A stretch of DNA of 64,000 nt from an uncultured Alphaproteobacteria bacterium (GTDB lineage Bacteria > Pseudomonadota > Alphaproteobacteria > Rs-D84), in NCBI GenBank assembly GCA_934230415.1, contig CAKQEW010000004.1, positions 1,445 through 65,444 on the forward strand, written 5' to 3'. The notes under the pieces were generated by a model. It ran no database searches. It was not told where the DNA came from and saw nothing but the letters and a program-made list of their open reading frames with translations. This document shows, piece by piece, positions 25,018-32,734 of this stretch. The translations under genes and the position numbers were made by a program. Each line of letters begins with the position of its first letter. The stretch's first letter is position 1.

Positions 25018-25368
25018 ATGGGACAATTGGTTTCTGATGTACAACAAGTACTGGATTACAAAAAGAATAAACAACAGGCCGCGACACAACGCCAGAAAAT
25101 ATTGGCTGATATGGCCGCCGATGAACAGACAAAAACAAACCTGGTGAAAAAGGCACTGGCGACCCAGCGTGCGAAATATGGCGCATCTGGGATGTCGGCA
25201 AACACCGGTGTTACCGAGGGGGCGGTTTTGCGCCGTCTGCAATCCGAAACGGCCCAGCCATATGATGAAAAACGCCGGAATTCATTGGAAAAATTGCGCA
25301 AGGTTGGGGCGGCAAAGCCGAACCTGTTAAAGACATTATTGGCGCGATTTGATGATTTGGTTGGATAA
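25018..25368 (+). CDS. Small helical virion/internal protein (116 aa)
   Basis: Position between nozzle and fibre genes; Gln/Lys-rich and helical. Confidence 0.45.
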   Translation: MGQLVSDVQQVLDYKKNKQQAATQRQKILADMAADEQTKTNLVKKALATQRAKYGASGMSANTGVTEGAVLRRLQSETAQPYDEKRRNSLEKLRKVGAAKPNLLKTLLARFDDLVG

Positions 25369-25380
25369 CAGCGGGGGCAT

Positions 25381-25929
25381 ATGATGTATAAAATTTCGTA
25401 TGTTGCCGATGGTACAACCACAGAATTTGCATTCGCGTTTCCATTCTTTCAGGTGGCCGATGTTCATGTTGCAATTGATGATGCGGCAACTGATTTATCA
25501 TACGCGGTTATTCCAAACGACGATTTTACTGGTGGTAATGTTGTGTTTGACGTTGCGCCGGCAACAGATGCCCGCGTGGATATATTTCGCCAGATTTCAT
25601 TATCGCGTGTGATTGATTACCAGCCCACAATGCCAATTGACCCAGAATCATTGAACGCGGATTTTAATTTTCTGTTGGCGGCATTTTGTGATTTAAAGAA
25701 AGTGGATGTTGACCTGGGGCAATGGTCAAACACATTTGATAATGTTATGACATTTTTGAAATACAACATGGCGGTAATTCAAGACAAATTGTCGGGTGGG
25801 GGCGTTATGGGACTGTACCAGAATTTGGTATCGGTATTGGATGGTGCGTTGCCGAAATTGATAAATGATTACGGCCATATCACAGATGTCGCCCCAAACG
25901 AAAATCGCGATGATTACGGCGTTTTATAG
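25381..25929 (+). CDS. Tail fibre protein, T7 gp17 N-terminal-domain type (short, 182 aa)
   Basis: YVADGTTTEFAFAFPFFQVADVHVAID...VDIFRQISLSRVIDYQP...LNADFNFLL parallels the T7 gp17 N-terminus (YQLDGSNRDFNIPFEY..V.V....VDFTDGS..LN). Confidence 0.6.
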   Translation: MMYKISYVADGTTTEFAFAFPFFQVADVHVAIDDAATDLSYAVIPNDDFTGGNVVFDVAPATDARVDIFRQISLSRVIDYQPTMPIDPESLNADFNFLLAAFCDLKKVDVDLGQWSNTFDNVMTFLKYNMAVIQDKLSGGGVMGLYQNLVSVLDGALPKLINDYGHITDVAPNENRDDYGVL

Positions 25930-25933
25930 TTTT

Positions 25934-26521
25934 ATGGACGAATGGAACCATATGCTGGGGATGACAACGCCGGCACATCATCGGCGAATAATGAAATTCT
26001 TGGTTGATGTGTGGACGTCGCCGCCACGACGTGGGTTGTTGATGGCGTTTCGGCATTCTGGAAAATCCAGTGTGGTTGGTATATTTGCGGCATGTGTGCT
26101 GTGCATGCGACCTGAAACACGGATATTGATTTTGTCGGCGGAAAGTACACTGGCAGCGCGTATGGTTGGGCATATTCGCAATATATTGGAAAACCATCCG
26201 CGGTGCAGTGATATGGTGCCACCCGGCCGCCGCACATGGGCATGCAACCAGATAACGGTAAATCGTCCAATTGGTATACGTGAACCATCGGTCGTATGTG
26301 CGGGCATCGCTGGAAATATCACAGGCGCACGTGCGGATTTAATTATCTGTGATGACATAGAGGTTCCAAACACCAGCAATACCGCGCAAAAGCGCGAGAA
26401 GTTGCGCGACCGGTTATGTGAATTGGAATTTATACTGTCGCCCGGCGGAACGATGATTTACATCGGTACGCCGCATACCATGGATACGATTTACCGCACG
26501 GGTGATGAACAATCAGATTGA
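25934..26521 (+). pseudogene. terL: Terminase large subunit, N-terminal ATPase half (gene interrupted)
   Basis: Walker A FRHSGKSS, Walker B ADLIICDD, IGTPHTMDTIY, then a stop after 10 unrelated-looking codons. Confidence 0.75.
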
Positions 26522-27193
26522 TGTTGGTGCATCCGGTGCATTGTCCGATTCCACCGGTTCGCGCGTGCTGATAAACGTACGCAGTTTATGCAACAATTCG
26601 TCGCCGGATTCCCCGAACATCGGCAGATATGTTTCATATTCTGGCATATCAGCCTGTAATTGTGCGCGTGCACGTTCGGACAATGGTTCATTCAACATAT
26701 CCGATGCCACATGCCACAGGTAATATGCGCGATATGTTTTCGTGATGACATTCCATTTGTCCATTAATTCTGGGCGTACCGCCAATGCGGCGCGGATTGC
26801 AACCGGCCACTCGTCACCGAATTTTTTAATAACCGGTAAATTCTGAATCCGTGTCAATCCATCATTATCAGGTGTAAAGTTATCAATCCCATTTTGCAGT
26901 TCCGACCATTCATCATTGGTCAATTGAATCTGGGGAACAATCTGGGCCATCTGGCCGCCATATGGTAACAGTTCGCGTTCAATGGAATCCATTGGGGTTT
27001 TCCCACTGCGCAGGTTTTCAATATGCTGAATCAACATTTTGCCGGTTGGCAATGCGCGCAATTCGCGAATGACATCCAGGTCTGCTTCGTCAACAAAGAC
27101 GCGATTGACCGCTGCCCATCCGCCAAAAATAACGTGTTCCTGGCGGTACAGATTTAACAGTTTTTGTGCAACAACGCTGGCTGTGGTTTTCAT
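26513..27193 (-). CDS. Hypothetical protein (226 aa) in the terL-splitting cassette
   Basis: GGAGAGAGAG RBS region at 27197-27210. Its stop overlaps the stop of the TerL-N ORF. Confidence 0.6.
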   Translation of the reverse strand: MKTTASVVAQKLLNLYRQEHVIFGGWAAVNRVFVDEADLDVIRELRALPTGKMLIQHIENLRSGKTPMDSIERELLPYGGQMAQIVPQIQLTNDEWSELQNGIDNFTPDNDGLTRIQNLPVIKKFGDEWPVAIRAALAVRPELMDKWNVITKTYRAYYLWHVASDMLNEPLSERARAQLQADMPEYETYLPMFGESGDELLHKLRTFISTREPVESDNAPDAPTSI

Positions 27194-27218
27194 GTGGGGC
27201 TCTCTCTCCTGTATGGGG

Positions 27219-28232
27219 TTATTCCATGATAATCATTATGACCTTGTGCATGGTTGGTGCGACAATTTTTTCATCAGGCGATGCGATTTGACCATAAATC
27301 TTGCCACGGGAATCCTGGCGTACACTGGCGATTTGGGCCGTTGCCGCCGTTTCATAATCCAATGTGTCAAAATCAGTATCAACGCACACGGCCAGATCGC
27401 CAACCGCCGGGGTTGCGGTGCTGTCTGCAAATACATATGCGTGTTCCGACATAAATCCGCCCAGGCGTTTTGGATTTGGTACAACGGCATAGATACCCGC
27501 GTGGCCTTCCAGTGACATGGGGGCAACAATCATTGTTTCATCAGATTTTTTGAACGCGATTGCCTTGCCCGATGGCGTGCCGAACACCGGCACCAGTTTC
27601 CGGCGCGCACTGTCATACAATTTGGCGCCATACAAACCGCCATGTTCATGATTGTCCAGACTGGATGCCGGATTATCAGGCACCAATACAGAATTAACAC
27701 GTTCGTTAACCTTGTTAATTTGTTTGTTCAATTCGCCGGATTTATACAATGCCGCGATTCTGTCAAACAGTTTTTCGGCACTGGTCGCGAATGCCTTGGC
27801 CAATGGTTCAATTTCGTTCTGGTATATTTCGCGCTGGCCAACTTCTATCTTGTGATATACAGATAATGTCATCCCGGCGTCATGTGCGATTTGGGCGATG
27901 GTTTTACCCAGTTGCTGGCGCATCTTGCGCAGGCCGCTGCCAAAGACCTTCAGTCCATTGTCTTCGTTATCGTTCAGGCGGCGTTTAATTTCGTCTTGCC
28001 ATTGACCGGCGACGGCGTCATCTTCCTTGATAAAGATATCAGACAGTTTGCATCCCAAAATATTACAGATATTCAGCAACTGTTTCTGGTTCAGGCGACG
28101 GACACCCTTTTCAATCTTGGATATCGCGGACAGGGACAGGTGTGATCGCCGTGCCAATTCGGTCATTTTCATGCCCGCCGCAATACGAATGTTGCGAATG
28201 TTATTTGGAAATATGATTTCTTCTAGGGCCAT
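27219..28232 (-). CDS. Tandem XRE-HTH repressor-like protein with S24 (LexA/CI)-like C-terminal domain
   Basis: Two HTH_3 units (IRIAAGMKMTELARRSHLSLSAISKIEKG and LRKMRQQLGKTIAQIAHDAGMTLSVYHKIEVG). C-terminal LVPVFG...FADSTATPAVGDLAVCV...IASVRQD resembles the GDSM..GD..V..KR fold. Confidence 0.7.
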   Translation of the reverse strand: MALEEIIFPNNIRNIRIAAGMKMTELARRSHLSLSAISKIEKGVRRLNQKQLLNICNILGCKLSDIFIKEDDAVAGQWQDEIKRRLNDNEDNGLKVFGSGLRKMRQQLGKTIAQIAHDAGMTLSVYHKIEVGQREIYQNEIEPLAKAFATSAEKLFDRIAALYKSGELNKQINKVNERVNSVLVPDNPASSLDNHEHGGLYGAKLYDSARRKLVPVFGTPSGKAIAFKKSDETMIVAPMSLEGHAGIYAVVPNPKRLGGFMSEHAYVFADSTATPAVGDLAVCVDTDFDTLDYETAATAQIASVRQDSRGKIYGQIASPDEKIVAPTMHKVIMIIME

Positions 28233-28259
28233 GGCAAAAACTCCTGCGGTTAATATTTC

Positions 28260-28278
28260 TTGACAAAATATTAGTCAA
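28260..28278. promoter_or_regulatory. Inverted repeat TTGAC-9-GTCAA overlapping a minus-strand promoter of the repressor-like gene
   Basis: The minus strand reads TTGACT-17-TATTAA. The palindrome covers the -35 element. Confidence 0.3.
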
Positions 28279-28305
28279 TTTTTGCGCGCGCCGCAAGTAA
28301 AATAA

Positions 28306-29865
28306 TTACAATTCCATATCATCTGGAATGGCCGATGCGTCAATTTGTTCAATTGGTGCATCGTCGCCTGGCATTGGGGTTGACGATTGTGACGTGCCAA
28401 CGGCGAAATCATTTTCACCACGGGCATCCATTTCGTCCAAATTGTCAAACAAACTGTAATCACCAAAGAACGCGGTACGAACGGTTTCTGGACGGCCATG
28501 ACGGTTCTTGCCGATAATAATGTCGGCCTTGCCCCGGGCGCGTTCCAAACGGCGTTGATATGATTCCTGAATTTTATCATTGGTATTGCCAGAAATACGC
28601 TGTGACGGATCGCGGTTTTCCAGATAGTATTCTTCGCGGTACGTGAACATAACAATATCGGCGTCCTGTTCAATAGATCCGGATTCACGCAGGTCGGCCA
28701 ACTGGGGGCGTTTGTCATCGCGGTTTTCAACGCTGCGTGACAACTGGGACAGGGCAATAACCGGTACATCTAATTCCTTGGCCAACATTTTCAGCCCACG
28801 CGTGATTTCAGAAATTTCCTGGACGCGATTATCGCTGCGTCGGCCACCGGGGGACGTCATCAATTGCAGATAGTCAATCACAATCAGTGCAATCCCGCCA
28901 CATTTACGTGCCAGACGGCGCGCACGCGTGCGCATCATTGGCACCGACATGCCGGGCGTGTCGTCAATGTACAATGGCACGCGACTGATTGCGGCGGCGT
29001 ATTGCGACATTTTCAGGAAATCTTCGTCTGAAAACGATCCTTCGCGCATGGCAGATGCCGGAATTTTTGATTGCGATGCCAGCACACGGGTTGCCAACTG
29101 TTCCTGGGACATTTCCAGACTGAAAAACACAACCGCGCCCTTGTACTGTTCATTGGCGCGACCCGATAAAATTGCATTTGCGGCGTTAAACGCGATGTTC
29201 ATGGCCAGGGTCGTTTTACCCATTGCCGGACGACCTGCGATAATAATCAAATCACTGTGGTGCAGGCCGCTGATGGATTTATCCAACGCGTTCAGACCCG
29301 TGGTCAGACCCGACAGTTTTCCGTCGGCCTTGTATGCAACCTCGGCCTCTTTTAATGCGGCGGTCAGTGCGGTTGCGATGGGCGCAACCTCACGCTTGGT
29401 TTCCCCCGCGGCGGCCAGGTTAAATAATTTCTGTTCGGCGGTTTCAATTTGTGTCGTGACCGGGTTATCCAAATCTTCAACAAATGCCTGGTCGGTGATG
29501 GATTGACCCAGTTCAATCAATTCGCGACGCAGTGCGTTTTCATACACGATGCGCGCGTACTGTTCAACGTTCACAACCGTTGCGCCGGCGCCCGCCAATT
29601 GGGTCAGGTAATCAACACCGCCAACCGATTCCAACACACCCTGTTGATCCAGGTAATTTTTCGCCGTGATGATATCAAATGGAATTCCGGCGGCAAATTG
29701 ACGTTCCGCCAGTTTATAGATTTCCTGGTGCGCGGGGTGCGAAAAATGTTCCGGTCGCAGGAATTCGTTTACGCGTTCCAATGCGCGGTTGTTCATCAGC
29801 ACCGCGGCCAGGACGGCCTGTTCGGCCTCTAAATTCGTTGGCAAAGTTTTGGGAGTAAAGTCCAT
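28306..29865 (-). CDS. dnaB: Replicative DNA helicase DnaB
   Basis: NLEAEQAVLAAVL N-terminus, Walker A GRPAMGKTT, VVFFSLEMS, IVIDYLQLM, ALSQLSR, SGSIEQDADIVMF. Start set at MDFTPK (29865), not the 655-aa ORF start. Confidence 0.92.
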   Translation of the reverse strand: MDFTPKTLPTNLEAEQAVLAAVLMNNRALERVNEFLRPEHFSHPAHQEIYKLAERQFAAGIPFDIITAKNYLDQQGVLESVGGVDYLTQLAGAGATVVNVEQYARIVYENALRRELIELGQSITDQAFVEDLDNPVTTQIETAEQKLFNLAAAGETKREVAPIATALTAALKEAEVAYKADGKLSGLTTGLNALDKSISGLHHSDLIIIAGRPAMGKTTLAMNIAFNAANAILSGRANEQYKGAVVFFSLEMSQEQLATRVLASQSKIPASAMREGSFSDEDFLKMSQYAAAISRVPLYIDDTPGMSVPMMRTRARRLARKCGGIALIVIDYLQLMTSPGGRRSDNRVQEISEITRGLKMLAKELDVPVIALSQLSRSVENRDDKRPQLADLRESGSIEQDADIVMFTYREEYYLENRDPSQRISGNTNDKIQESYQRRLERARGKADIIIGKNRHGRPETVRTAFFGDYSLFDNLDEMDARGENDFAVGTSQSSTPMPGDDAPIEQIDASAIPDDMEL

Positions 29866-29890
29866 GTCCAATATAGTATCTAAAAATTTT

Positions 29891-30709
29891 ATGTTTTCAA
29901 CGCCTTTTTTGCGCGGATATAAAACATTGAAAATTCCGATTGTTGATGATGCCGGCGCGTCCACGTGGCCCGAATTATTCCCCGCATCGCGCATTGCCGA
30001 ATTGCGGGACGCGGTGGGGGCGCGGCATTTTGCCGCGCAAATGATGTTACAATGCGTCGCGCCCGAACGTGTGCGTCTGGACCCGGGGGCATTGCATTTA
30101 TATGATGACGCATTTGACGCGCGCAATGCGCAAATCGGCGAACATAAAATTACCGGCGCGGCGATGTATTGGGATCCATCAACCGGGCGCCGTGGTCGCG
30201 ATGGCAGTGTTTGCGTCATGCTGTATCGTGATGATAAATCGCGCGCCATATTTATCCATGATGTGATGTACATGATTGTCCCTGAAAACGATACGCACCC
30301 ATTGGCATCCCAGTGTGATTCTGTGTTGGATTTTATGGCGCGGTATCATATGCGCCGCATAACGATTGAAACCAACGGTATTGGAAATGCATTGCCGGAA
30401 ATTATGCGAAACGCCGCATTGATTGCCGGCGCAGACGTTTCTATAACCCAGATTACAAATAATCGGCCAAAGGTTGACCGAATTCTGGACGCGATTGAAC
30501 CGGCATTGACCGCCGGGCGTATGTATGCGCATCGCCGAATTACCCAGACGCCGTTTGTGGCCGAAATGATGGGATGGTCGCCGGGTGGGGTGGGGCATGA
30601 TGACGGACTGGACGCGGTGGCGGGCGCGATATGTGCCACGCCGACCCCGGTTCGCCCGGTCGGGGCGCCCCCCCACACATTTTCAGCAAATACGAATTTT
30701 ACCGTTTAA
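29891..30709 (+). pseudogene. terL: Terminase large subunit, C-terminal nuclease half (possible restart at ATG 29891)
   Basis: KIPIVDDAGASTWPELF, AAMYWDPSTG, ITIETNGIG, GHDDGLDAVAG. Same strand as the N-terminal half, 3.4 kb downstream. Confidence 0.7.
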
Positions 30710-30736
30710 CGCATATAAAAAAACAAAGGAGAAAAT

Positions 30737-31960
30737 ATGCAAAATAACCTGGAACAAATGTACCGACGTGCGCTGGACATGCGTGCGCCATGGGTTGCGC
30801 GTTGGGATGCCGCAATGCGGTACACAATGCCGACAACAGATGCAGATGCGGCAACGCTGTTTGACGCAACCGCGGCCGATGCGGTGGATAACCTGGCCGC
30901 GTCAATATATTCACTGATGACGCCACCGGAATCACTGTGGTTGACATTGGTGCCGGAAAGCGATGCATCACCCGATGCAGACGCCGCAACGGCGGCATTG
31001 CGCGCACACCTGAACGATTCTAATTTTTATACAACGATTCATCAGTGCTATTTGGATTTGGTGATTCTGGGGACGGCATGCCTGTTTATGGCAGAAACCC
31101 CGATGGGGGCATCGTCGGCATTTTCATTCACCGCGGTACCAATGCGCGATATTGCAATTTTGCCGGGCGCGGTATTTCATACGGCGACAATGCCTGCGCG
31201 TGAAGTCATGGAAAAATACCCGACATGGACGCCACCCACAGAAATTCGTGACCAGATAAAACGCGACCCGGCAATGCCGTTGCGCCTGGTGCAGAGTTTG
31301 GTCGGCACAGAATTCACCGCGTGGTTGGACGTGGGTGGTGACATCCAAAATAACATTGTTGCGCGTGGCACATTTGAAACCAACCCATATATCATTTTCC
31401 GGTGGAGTGTTTTGAGCGGTGAACAATACGGTCGTGGTCCCGTCTTGCGCGCATTGCCAGATATCAAGACAGCAAACAAGGTTGTTGAACTGGTTTTGAA
31501 AAATGCGACCATTGCGGTGTCTGGAATATGGCAGGCCGATGATGACGGTGTCATAAACCTGAATAACATAAACCTGACGCCGGGGGCAATTATTCCAAAG
31601 GCCGTTGGGTCGTCCGGTTTGACGCCGCTGTCATCGGGTGCAGATTTTGATGTGTCACAAATAATACTAAAAGACCTGCGTGAACGGATACGTCATGCAT
31701 TGCTGGCCGACCGGCTGGGATTGTTGTCTGAAAAAGAAATGACGGCGACCGAAATTATGGCACGTAATTCAGATATGATGCGAATCCTGGGGGCGACATA
31801 TGGGCGACTGTTGCATGAATTTATACGGCCACTGACCGACCGCGGATTACAGATTTTATCGCGCCGCGGTGTGATTGCACCAATTGTGCTGAACAGTGAT
31901 GCGGAATTGAAATACATTGCACCGATTGCCCAAATGGTGGCGGACGAAAACCTGATTTAA
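30737..31960 (+). CDS. Portal (head-to-tail connector, T7 gp8-type) protein, short form
   Basis: N-terminus YRRALDMRAPWVARWDAAMRYTMP and the position next to terL. 407 aa is shorter than the ~530 aa of T7 gp8. Confidence 0.6.
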   Translation: MQNNLEQMYRRALDMRAPWVARWDAAMRYTMPTTDADAATLFDATAADAVDNLAASIYSLMTPPESLWLTLVPESDASPDADAATAALRAHLNDSNFYTTIHQCYLDLVILGTACLFMAETPMGASSAFSFTAVPMRDIAILPGAVFHTATMPAREVMEKYPTWTPPTEIRDQIKRDPAMPLRLVQSLVGTEFTAWLDVGGDIQNNIVARGTFETNPYIIFRWSVLSGEQYGRGPVLRALPDIKTANKVVELVLKNATIAVSGIWQADDDGVINLNNINLTPGAIIPKAVGSSGLTPLSSGADFDVSQIILKDLRERIRHALLADRLGLLSEKEMTATEIMARNSDMMRILGATYGRLLHEFIRPLTDRGLQILSRRGVIAPIVLNSDAELKYIAPIAQMVADENLI

Positions 31961-31975
31961 CATGGGGAAAAAACT

Positions 31976-32170
31976 ATGAACGAAATTGAACAGAACTATG
32001 CACGCACGTTTGCGACCACATCTGGCACGGCGGTATTACAGCATTTGCGTCGGATGACAATTGAACGTGTGTTGGGGCCAAATGCAACGGACGCCGAATT
32101 GCGCGGCCTGGAATCCCAGCGCGCGTTGGTGCACATGATTGAAAATATGATATCACGGGGGCGAAAATGA
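31976..32170 (+). CDS. Small phage protein (64 aa, Bbp19-like by recollection)
   Basis: Compact ORF after the portal gene; its stop overlaps the next start (ATGA). Confidence 0.45.
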   Translation: MNEIEQNYARTFATTSGTAVLQHLRRMTIERVLGPNATDAELRGLESQRALVHMIENMISRGRK

Positions 32171-32427
32171 CACAGAAAACAAACGCGCTGGGCGGAATCA
32201 TAGATACATTGCGCGACAGTTGGTTTCTGATTGCATTTGTCGCGGGTATGGTTTATTGGGTTGCGCGCCAGGATTCATCGCTGGCGGATATTCAGCGCGC
32301 AGACACGCGCATTACAACATTGGAAAATCGTACAACGATATTGGAAACGGGTATCGGGCAATTACAGATAAAACTGGACACAATTCGTGATGATGTATCC
32401 TTGATAAAAACCGCCGTTATAAAGTAA
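32167..32427 (+). CDS. Small membrane-anchored coiled-coil protein (86 aa)
   Basis: One TM helix (WFLIAFVAGMVYWVA) followed by a coiled coil. Translationally coupled to the previous ORF. Confidence 0.5.
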   Translation: MTQKTNALGGIIDTLRDSWFLIAFVAGMVYWVARQDSSLADIQRADTRITTLENRTTILETGIGQLQIKLDTIRDDVSLIKTAVIK

Positions 32428-32428
32428 C

Positions 32429-32455
32429 AAAAACGGGGCGGACGCCCCGTTTTTT
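32429..32455. terminator. Bidirectional intrinsic terminator ending the phage-like cluster
   Basis: aaaaacggggcggacgccccgttttt. Confidence 0.8.
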
Positions 32456-32466
32456 ATTTTATTTGA

Positions 32467-32610
32467 TTATTTGCCGCAGCTGCCAATCATTTTAGAGATA
32501 GAGATATCTTTGTGGAACAAGAAATCGTATTCGCAGTTACCAGATTTGTAAGAACCTGTGCATGCAGCCAATGTCAAAACAGCAACCAGTGCCAACATAA
32601 CTTTTTTCAT
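32467..32610 (-). CDS. Small lipoprotein (47 aa)
   Basis: MKKVMLALVAVLTLAAC lipobox; GGAGAA RBS. Confidence 0.5.
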   Translation of the reverse strand: MKKVMLALVAVLTLAACTGSYKSGNCEYDFLFHKDISISKMIGSCGK

Positions 32611-32734
32611 GTTTTCTCCTTTTGTCCAAAAGTTCGCATGGATTATATCCGACCGTATTCCTAAAAGCAATACAAAAATCACCCTAATTTTTTTACCCAC
32701 ACATAAAAAACGCCCCGGGGTGGGGCGCCTTGTA

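Larger units (their letters stand above)
19531..32455 (+). mobile_element. Podovirus-like lysis and virion gene cluster (defective prophage or domesticated element)
   Basis: Co-directional endolysin, holin-like, scaffold, capsid, tubular A/B, fibre N-domain, split TerL, portal and two small ORFs, bounded by birA and the RNase E/G region. No integrase or att site seen. Confidence 0.65.

Noticed and set aside
28306-30273. 655-aa extended DnaB ORF
   Set aside because: The first 136 codons overlap the TerL C-terminal half on the other strand and lack DnaB similarity. The conserved N-terminus (NLEAEQAVL) begins just after the Met at 29865.
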